64,000 nt of DNA from Epithemia pelagica (taxonomy: Eukaryota > Protista > Bacillariophyta): positions 5,270,001-5,334,000 of the forward strand of contig OX337229.1 in the NCBI GenBank assembly GCA_946965045.2. Reading direction: 5' to 3'. The translations under genes were made by a program, and so were the position numbers. Within the stretch, counting starts at the first letter, position 1, and every line of letters begins with the position of its first letter. The notes beneath the pieces are model-generated. The model had not been told where the DNA came from. It ran no database searches and saw nothing but the letters and a program-made list of their open reading frames with translations. Positions 55,618-64,000 of this stretch are shown here, piece by piece.

Positions 55618-56541
55618 ACCTGTTCTCAATTTTCCCAAGCGTCGGTCTATAGAGCAAAGCAACATCATGCGGTTGGAGCATGACCTAAATGGATACGTAA
55701 AGCCAAACATTCAAACTAAAAGTTACTTGGATCACCTCGCATCCCCGTTGTCTACATGTTAGGTGCTAAGCACTTTAAGATACTTAGCCGGTCACTTCGA
55801 CCTTCATTTCGACGAACGTCGAAACGACCGGAAACCGAAGCGACCACAAAGCATCCAAAACAGAAGAACGAGACAGTTCTCGTCGATTTCGTTCGACCAT
55901 CGACGACCACCAGATCTTGTCTTGTGATGCTTTTCGCGAGAACCCGTTCGGAACAGAATCTTGGACCGGGTGGGTCGCACGACGAATTTGAGATTTAGAG
56001 GAGAGGCGCAAAAACGTATTAGCGATCGACGTGGAACGAGTACGGGGACCAACGCACACGTCACTCGCTCCCCCGACAGCCAAAACAACACGTGACGCGG
56101 GAATCCAAGGGGACTCGCGTCAACCTTCGAATTCAAAAATTTCCCATGTCACACAATATTTTTGGAAATACAGGTTATGCGGACAGACGTATAGTATAGA
56201 GAAATGTGTATAAACGTTTCATTTTTTCTTCGCTTTGCAATGACGTGTACCCATTTTTTCCCATTTGTCGAGCGGCGCACAACACGACGGCGGAGGGGGA
56301 TCTTGGTCGAATCGACGACCGCTCATTCTCACATTCTCGTCGCCATTTTGGGTTCGACGTTCGACAAGACAGAGAGCAGTACAAGCTTGTAGTAGTCCAA
56401 GCACACAGGGTTCTGTTCCCATTGAAAAACTGCATTGTCGCACAACTTTGGTCGAAAGGAATTGCGATTCTTCTTTTGGGTTTGGTTGATATCCAAACGT
56501 TCTCATTATTATACGTTCAGTGACACAAGAAGCAACAAACA

Positions 56542-57714
56542 ATGAGTGCCTACGAAACGTACATGGAAACACTCGACAGTGTCGGAGAAGCCATCTTGTC
56601 ATGGGCTGATCCTGAAGACAAGTTTGTCGGATACACAAGGGTACGTGACCACTTGAAGCTGCCTCTTTGTCGCGTCGGTCATGGCTGCGACCATGGAAAC
56701 CATGACGGTGATTCCCAACCATGCGACTTGTACTGTCCAGTGAAAATGACTCTTTGTCCACGAAAGTCCTTTGTGGTTCATGCCATTCTGGATCTGGGGG
56801 AGGTGGTTGATTGACGCCGTCGACGACGACGAAAAAGAAGAAATTAGTGTCGCTCCAAGCAGAGCATTGAACAAACTCATGCATTCGCTTCTAATCTCAT
56901 TTGTTTCTTTTGTCGTGTTGGAATCGATTGTCTTCATTTGACGACTAAACCAATACGTGGTCTACAATTACTACAGGGATGGCCCTTGACGGATTTCCCG
57001 ACGGCCTTTAACATTGCCTTGGCCTACTTTCTCTTTGTGGTCATTGGGTCGCAAATCATGAAGTTGGGAGGCATTCCTGCCATTGATCCCTATCCTATCA
57101 AGTTCTTTTACAATGTTTCGCAAATCATGTTGTGCGCCTACATGACGATTGAATCCGGATTCTTGGCCTACCGCAACAACTACCACATGTTGCCCTGCAA
57201 TCAATTCGACACGGCGAACCCGCCTGTCGCCAACTTGTTGTGGCTCTTTTACGTGTCCAAGGTTTGGGACTTTTGGGACACCATCTTTATTGTCTTGGGC
57301 AAGAAATGGCGCCAATTGTCCTTTCTCCACGTTTACCATCACATTACCATTTTCCTCTTTTACTGGCTCAACTCTCATGTCAACTACGACGGTGACATTT
57401 ACCTGACCATTACCTTGAATGGCTTCATCCACACCGTCATGTACACGTACTACTTTATTTGCATGCACACGCGAGTCCCCGAGACGGGCAAGTCGTTGCC
57501 AATTTGGTGGAAGTCCAGTTTGACCATGATGCAAATGATCCAATTTGTCACCATGATGTCTCAAGGAACCTACTTGATTGCCACACAATGTACTACCAGC
57601 AGCCCTCGTGTCACGATGGCCTACATTGTCTACATCTTGTCCCTCTTTGTCTTGTTTGCCCAATTCTTTGTGGAATCGTACATGAAGCCCAAGAAGAAGG
57701 TCAAGTCGGTCTAA
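56542..57714 (+). CDS. GNS1/SUR4 (ELO) PUFA elongase, delta-6-elongase type, copy 1 (intron 56641-56976)
   Basis: KVWDFWDT, LSFLHVYHH, HTVMYTYY, TMMQMIQF, KSLPIWWK; closely resembles diatom ELO6-type enzymes. Confidence 0.93.
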
Positions 57715-58561
57715 AGGAAAATATACGAGAGGGGACCACCACGGCCAAGTCGACAAGATTTTTTGATTTTCCAAAAGTAAAGCATGTACTACATAACACC
57801 AAGATTTATCCAATGCCCCAGTCGCATCAAGAAGCGGGGATGACCGTCTGTGAGAGGAGTGAGGAATCGGTTCGACAGCACACAACATAAAAGAGATACA
57901 TTTGACATAGAAGGACGTCGACGAAGCTCGCTTGTCTTGACAGTAAATCACTCAGATTGTTATCCTCAATAGGTGCACATTCATGATTAGTCTACAAATC
58001 TCACTTGGTCGGAGATTCTGTTTTTTCGTTCGACGAGCGAGGATCCTCCCATTCTCGACCATGACAATCTCGCAAACACCTACTCGACGTCGACGCTCAA
58101 GAGCGACGGCAGAAAGCACTGAGGATAACAACGCTGAAACAGAGCAGCGACGACTAGCTTCTCGTTCCGTCGAAAAGTGATTGGAAGGACGAAACATGCC
58201 GTTTCTCCTTTATGGAGATAGGATCTACCGGGATGCCAATGTCGGTTGTCGGTCGTCGGTCTTCCCATTTTTTGTGGGGCGCGCAAGAATTCCAAGCGGT
58301 GGATATTTTACAATAGTCGCAAGTTGGTCAATTTGATAGCGAGGTGGACGCATGTGCGACCTACAATAGAATCTCTCCCGCTCGGGGTATTAACTACCGT
58401 CTTGCTTTAGCTATGTAACAGAAAGACAGAGATGGCAAATCTTGTCTCTCTAGCTATCGGCTTCGAAAAAGTGCGTACTCATCTTTCGTATCCATCACCA
58501 TTCACCATTACCGATCACCAAAGAAACACCAACATCGACCAATAATACAAATACACCAAGA

Positions 58562-59521
58562 ATGGGTGCTTACGAGACTTACATTCAAACGTTGGATCAG
58601 ACCGGTGAAGCCATCTTGTCATGGGCCGATCCTGACGACAAGTTTGGTGGATACACAAAGGTATGTGGGGTGTAAGGAAGATGCAGAACCACTACAGGAT
58701 CCCACTCATTGATGTCGTCCATTCCTGCTGTCATGTCACGTCGAATATTGTGACAACTTTTGCACTGCTCTTTCTCGTCGTAACAGGGATGGTTCTTGAC
58801 GGATTTTCCTTCGGCTTTTAACGTGGCCTTGGCGTACTTTGTGTTTGTGGTCGTCGCGTCGCAAATCATGAAGTCAGGCTTTGTACCAGTGATTGATGCG
58901 TATCCCATCAAGTTTGTCTACAATGTCTCCCAAATCATACTGTGTGCCTACATGACGATGGAAGCGTGGTTCTTGGCGTACCGGAACAACTATCACTGGT
59001 TGCCCTGCAATGACTACAATCAAACGAACCCGCCCATTGCCAACTTGACTTGGTTGTTTTATGTGTCCAAGGTCTGGGACTTTTGCGACACGGTCTTTAT
59101 TATTTTGGGCAAAAAGTGGCGTCAACTCTCCTTTTTGCATGTCTATCATCACATTTCCATCTTTTTGTTGTGCTGGTTCGATTGTCGAGTCATGTACGAT
59201 GGCGACATGTACTTGACCATTGCATTCAATACGTTTATTCATACCGTCATGTACACGTACTACTTTATCTGTATGCACACACGGGTACCCGAAACGGGCA
59301 AGTCGTTGCCCATCTGGTGGAAGTCCAGTTTGACCATGATGCAAATGATCCAATTCGTGACGCTCATGTTCCAAGGAGGCTATGTGCTTTCCAATCAATG
59401 CACCACCAGCAGTCCCCGTGTCACCCTGGTGTACATTGTGTACATTCTGACTCTGCTGGTCTTGTTTGCGCATTTCTTTGTGGAGTCCTACATTAAACCA
59501 AAGAAGCAAAAGAAGCAGTGA
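58562..59521 (+). CDS. ELO elongase, tandem copy 2 (intron 58661-58786)
   Basis: Same 33-codon first exon and phase-0 intron as copy 1; KVWDFCDT, HVYHH, HTVMYTYY. Confidence 0.92.
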
Positions 59522-59959
59522 AGACCACAATGTACAATCAGAGCCTTGGATCTCACGTGGTCCGTATGTCAGGCGCTGTCCCGCAGCGGATGCAATCAAT
59601 CGCGACGAGGTGGTTTTTGGTGCTCTATAATTTAGCGGCGGACATCATCTGTGTTGATTGCACCGTCACTATAGATGAATCACTGTCACTCAGATTCATT
59701 GTTCTTGACAGTGTGCCAATTGATGGGGAGCTCGAAGTGCACCGACTTGAACACTTTGATTTGATTTTAGAGATTACCATTTCTCCCATTTTGGGGTAGT
59801 CTAGTAGCTGGCTTTAGATTCAAACTATTGCAAGTCCCACACGTAACGAAGGTGTTTCTAGCTAGGAAGAAAATCCAAGAAGTTTGGAACAAGCATTGTG
59901 AGTCTCACGCTCCTTTCGCCGACTCTTTTCGTCATTCATGTCGACATATGTGATGCACA

Positions 59960-61273
59960 TTACAAGTGAGTCACAGCCCGAAGTCGCTTCTTGGCAAAAT
60001 AAGGATAGCGTGGAGCTTTGCGCCGTGTGGTACTTGTTCCGACAAAGGATTGCATGGCCTGTCGTTGCTGTTTCATGGTGGATCGTTGGTTCTGGTGGTT
60101 GTCTCCTTCGTCATCTTCATCGTCGGCCGCAAAGGTAATGGAGGCGGCACAGGATCGTGTCCCAGTATTGGTCGATTCTTTGTCGTGTGGTTGTTTGGTG
60201 GCAAACAATTGTTGAATGGGATTCCACGAAAAGCGCACATACTTGCTGGCACTGGCATCAAAACCAAAGACGGGACACTGTCCACACTGAGCTTGAATCC
60301 AGGCCCGACAATTGGGATCCGAGGGATAACCCGATCCCATGGAATGACCATGGAGGATGGAATCTTGATGGATCTTGGCATCGCGCAAGACCTTGGCCAC
60401 GATCGAGGCGGCTTGACAGGGCGGATAGTTGGCATCGGCCTTGGCTTCGACGGTAAAGTCAATGCCGGGAAAGGTCTGCTGTAATTGTCGTTGATAGTGG
60501 TGGGGATTGCCGACTGTATCAATATAACAATGCACCAAGGGCACATTGGGGGGTAACTGTTGTCGCACTTGGCGAATCAATTGCATGGCGGCGGCATGGG
60601 ACATTTGATTCAAGTTAAAGGGTGTCGGAGTCCGATGCATGTTGCGACTAATTTCCATGGCGGTCAAGATGCGAGCTCCAAATCCAATCTCATTGCGCTT
60701 GTTGTCGCTCTTAGTGTTGGAAGAGGTAGACTGTTCATGAAGCAAGACATGATCCCACAAGTATTGCCGTCGTTCGGGTGTCAATTGTTTGGAATCGGCA
60801 AAGACGGAAAATTGCGACGACTTGGAACGTTGGCTCTCTTCATTATTGGAAGTCAACCAATAGGCAACGCCATAAATCATGGGACCCAAGACAGATCCTC
60901 GACCAGCCTCATCAATACCCAGCACGACACCCAGGCCATTGCCATTGTTGGTCTCTTGTTGTTGTCGTTGCGATTGTTCGAGAATGGATTGCGGAATATC
61001 CGATAAGATCATGGGACCTTCACCGTAAGCGTCATGGTCGATGGGATCCTTGTCGTGAAGCCAGGTTTCGACAATTTGTTTGGTTTCGCTCCGAGTTTGG
61101 GGAGGATGGCCTTGAAACCAACGACGATCGGTCGGACAAAACCCCACCGATTCTTTTGCTTCCCTTGCTACGTCGTTTTGCGGCTCCTCCTTCACTTCTT
61201 CCTCTTCCTTGTTCTCCATATCTTCGTTCTGTGAGTTCATTTCTAGCAAAACTGTTTCACCAATCGACTCCAT
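59960..61273 (-). CDS. RNASEH2A: Ribonuclease H2 catalytic subunit A
   Basis: GIDEAGRGSVLGPM, DSKQL, NLNQMSH, YIDTVG, AKADANYP..AASIVAKVLRD, GSGYPSDP. Start ATG inferred. Confidence 0.92.
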   Translation of the reverse strand: MESIGETVLLEMNSQNEDMENKEEEEVKEEPQNDVAREAKESVGFCPTDRRWFQGHPPQTRSETKQIVETWLHDKDPIDHDAYGEGPMILSDIPQSILEQSQRQQQETNNGNGLGVVLGIDEAGRGSVLGPMIYGVAYWLTSNNEESQRSKSSQFSVFADSKQLTPERRQYLWDHVLLHEQSTSSNTKSDNKRNEIGFGARILTAMEISRNMHRTPTPFNLNQMSHAAAMQLIRQVRQQLPPNVPLVHCYIDTVGNPHHYQRQLQQTFPGIDFTVEAKADANYPPCQAASIVAKVLRDAKIHQDSILHGHSMGSGYPSDPNCRAWIQAQCGQCPVFGFDASASKYVRFSWNPIQQLFATKQPHDKESTNTGTRSCAASITFAADDEDDEGDNHQNQRSTMKQQRQAMQSFVGTSTTRRKAPRYPYFAKKRLRAVTHL

Positions 61274-62466
61274 GAACGAGATGCAATAGGAGATTGGTTG
61301 TGTTTTGGTTTGTCTTCCCTTTTCGGCAAGACAAAAAATGGCGCCAAAGCACCGCCAGCCGACTGCCAATGGAAAAATCGTCCGCAATCGAGCGCGCGCG
61401 CGCAAGGCATAAGTGCCACACCCAACGAGATACCAAACCAGCGTTACCAGTTACCAACCTTTCTTCAAGTCCGGCGTGGTTGGGTGTCTTTTTTCGCATG
61501 GATAGCAAGCCCCGCTTTTTTACGAACAGCCCACAAAATAGAAACAAACGACAAGCAACAGTGGAGCATTGACGTTCTACGTTCTCCTTTGCTCTCATGT
61601 TGAATTCATAGAGAGCTTCCAAGGCATTCATACGCTATAGTTCTTAAATGTGGCCACGAAACGGATAACAACAGTCATGAAGAAGGAACGACGCGAGAAT
61701 GCCGAGAAGGAAGCGACACCATCCGTCCACTACGAGCCGCCTGACGACAAGGAGCAACAACCAGTGACAAACGACAAGGCATGCGAGACTCACAGGTCGT
61801 CGTTACTAAGCGTGGTGGGATGGCAAGAACGTCTCAATGGCTCCATTCACGGCAAGCATACTAGACCATGTCTGTCTCCAACTCACGTCCACAAATCTAC
61901 CACTGTCGAGAAATCCACCAGATCGCAGGTATTGTTCGAAATAATGAGATATGGTCAGTGAATGAAGAAGTGCGACCAGGATTCGGAACCGGGATTCGGA
62001 AGGAGAAGATTCGACCGACAAGAGACGAGTACCATCTTACTCTCGTTATTCCACATCGAGGACAGGAACAGAACAAATGGACCAATGGGCCGACCAAGTC
62101 TCACTTGGAGCAACGCGTCATCAACAATAACGGCCCAAACCAGTCCAATACATAGAGAAACAAGATCCTGTGGCATCCCATAACTGTCATCGTCTAAACA
62201 TTTTGACAGGCAAGAACGGGCTGGACGACGATACATAGGAAACCAAGATAACAACAAGATCGCAAAAAGATCTCCAATCTACTTTATCCAACGGCCAATG
62301 ATCCAACGGATCACAGTCATCGCTACGAGTAGAAGTAAAGAATAAGCACACAACTTAACTTTGTTTTACACGGGTTGAGCTCGTTCTTGTTGCCCACGGT
62401 AGCAGGAAAACAACAAGCTTCCTCTGCGCTGTTTACAGCTAAAACGTTGTCAATTCATCATCCACC

Positions 62467-63723
62467 ATGGCCGCAAATTTTGCCCTTTCACCCGCTCATG
62501 CCAACGCCAATCAAGTGATCAACTTCACGACGGCAGGAGGAGCGAAGTTTTACAAGCAAGCGATTCGTGGATTGTACGATAGTGGAGATCTGTACGACCT
62601 TGAAGCCGACGGACTCAAGACGTTCCTTGATACTCTCCAAGACAGGATCGTTGAACAAAACTGGACTTCGATCTTTGCAATTCCAGAAGCGATCGCTGCC
62701 CCCGCCGCCAATCTTCGTTTGCTCACCAGCGAGTACGGTCGTGTCTCCTTGCAACAAGTCCGTGCCTATGTTGAACACTTCAATGGAGCCAATCGTCAGA
62801 CACAGAACGCATACATGGCATACACTTGCATTATGGCATCACTTACCGACGACGCCAAGGCACAGGTCAATATTCGACGCGAAGACTTCACTATCGATGG
62901 GCGTGGTTCCGGACCCCTTCTCCTCAAGGTTTTGATCTCGTTGGCACATGTGGACACCGAAGCCACCGTTATGGTTCTACGCCAACGCCTGGCTGACCTT
63001 CACATCTATATTATGGATGTGAACGCGGACATCGCCAAGTTTAACTTCTACGTAGACGAGACTCTTCGGGCTCTCAACGCGCGCGGCGAGCAGACGCTCG
63101 ACCTTCTACCGAATCTAGTTAAGGCGTACGAAACCGTGAACGACGATAACTTTCTAGAGTTCATTCGTCGCAAGAAGAACGCATATGAAGAAGGAGACAA
63201 TCCAGGACTGACCCCGCGTCAACTAATGAGCGTTGCTTGCACCAAGTACCAGACGCTCGTGGAACAGAAGAAATGGCAGGCTCTCTCGGCACGCGACCAG
63301 AAATTGATCGCACTTGAAGCATCCGTGAATAAACTCAAGGAACAGAAACGCAAGACTAACCCCAGTGACCAGAAGAAACAGACAAGCAAAGGGAAGACGG
63401 ACAAGGCAACTGACAACGATAAGGCCTGGCTTACGGTGGGACCAAAGAGTGGTCAGTCCGAGACGAAGGAAGTCAACGGAAAAATGTGGTACTGGTGCAA
63501 GTGGCACGGAAAGTGGTCGACCAACAAAAACCACACGTCCGCAACGTGTAACGGACGTGGTCTGACAGGAGATAAGAAACGGGCCTACGACGCAGCCCAC
63601 GAGAACAGCGATGGTACCACGTCTGAGAACACGGGAACGAACCCAGGACTCCGCCTTGCTAGCGCCTTAGCCGGTGCTACCCACGATGAAGACGATGACA
63701 GCGACAACAGCACCGACGAGTGA
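62467..63723 (+). CDS. gag: CoDi Gag
   Basis: FALSPA..INFTT..G.KFY, GPLLLKVLI, FNFYV, LVKAYETV, KYQTLVEQKKW, and a WYWCKWHGKW..HTSATC Cys/His knuckle; accATGG start. Confidence 0.85.
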   Translation: MAANFALSPAHANANQVINFTTAGGAKFYKQAIRGLYDSGDLYDLEADGLKTFLDTLQDRIVEQNWTSIFAIPEAIAAPAANLRLLTSEYGRVSLQQVRAYVEHFNGANRQTQNAYMAYTCIMASLTDDAKAQVNIRREDFTIDGRGSGPLLLKVLISLAHVDTEATVMVLRQRLADLHIYIMDVNADIAKFNFYVDETLRALNARGEQTLDLLPNLVKAYETVNDDNFLEFIRRKKNAYEEGDNPGLTPRQLMSVACTKYQTLVEQKKWQALSARDQKLIALEASVNKLKEQKRKTNPSDQKKQTSKGKTDKATDNDKAWLTVGPKSGQSETKEVNGKMWYWCKWHGKWSTNKNHTSATCNGRGLTGDKKRAYDAAHENSDGTTSENTGTNPGLRLASALAGATHDEDDDSDNSTDE

Positions 63724-64000
63724 CAACCAAACCCGGGATGGTTCCCCGGGCTGCACGACATGATCAAGCAGCTCGTTTACACAGTATTAGTGACGATCCT
63801 TTTATCAAGTTACACTATGCTGTGCTACGGGCTATGGTGTCCTAGGTGCTACCACCTGGAGTCAGTCCTAAACTACGTCCAAAGGCTATGCGACTCCATA
63901 GCGACCTCTCTCGCGACCAAAATCAAAGTGAAGAAGAAACGAAGAATCGACCATGGCCGGAGACGACGGAGAACTAACTATACAGGACTCCTCCGGGCAT
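63724..64000 (+). CDS. In-frame continuation after gag TGA (presumed start of pol), open to window end
   Basis: 92 sense codons in the gag frame: QPNPGWFPGLHDMIKQLVYTVLVTILL...KKKRRIDHGRRRRTNYTGLLRA. Pol motifs not yet reached. Confidence 0.65.

Larger units (their letters stand above)
61649..64000 (+). mobile_element. 5' end of a second, divergent CoDi Copia element (runs off window); putative 5' LTR about 61649 (TG) to 62370 (CA)
   Basis: CoDi-type gag at 62467. The LTR limits are a guess from TG/CA and composition, because the partner LTR is outside the window. Confidence 0.7.

Noticed and set aside
56971-59599. Long minus-strand ORFs 56971..57951 and 58874..59599
   Set aside because: Antisense shadows of the elongases caused by codon bias.
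282-63723. Alternative genetic code (TGA = Trp or Sec) to explain five in-frame TGAs (282, 5192, 9464, 40528, 63721)
   Set aside because: TGA is the clear terminator of intact genes here (TPR gene 19919-21, elongase 2 59519-21), and TGG is used for Trp throughout.

Overview
Eukaryotic, most likely diatom, nuclear DNA: short GT-AG introns, Copia-of-diatoms (CoDi)-type retrotransposons, DUF6824-like proteins and an ELO6-type elongase. No CRISPR array, rRNA or tRNA was recognised. Mobile elements: (1) a young full-length Ty1/Copia LTR element at about 935-7170 (minus strand) with ~114-bp LTRs, a chromodomain-like integrase tail and one nonsense mutation in pol; (2) a 5'-truncated RT-RNase H LINE at 37279-40853 with a perfect 17-bp TSD and a sense-strand T15 tail; (3) the 5' end of a second, divergent CoDi element running off the right edge. 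Host genes: three HMG-box paralogues, two DUF6824-like paralogues, a CHASE-domain hybrid histidine kinase, a TPR protein, an RCC1-BTB protein, a GT-like membrane protein, a GH125 mannosidase, a DEAD-box helicase, a tail-anchored aldehyde dehydrogenase, two tandem ELO elongases and RNase H2A. Strongest lead: in both Copia elements gag and the downstream frame are in the same reading frame, separated by a single UGA in a known leaky context (UGA-CUA; UGA-CAA-CCA plus a stem-loop 8 nt downstream). This suggests gag-pol stop-codon readthrough in diatom Copia elements, with reinitiation at a nearby AUG as the alternative. Next best leads: the T-tailed LINE, the non-TG..CA LTR ends inserted into a palindrome, and a C-terminal motif shared by all three HMG proteins, which lies beyond an in-frame UGA in one of them.
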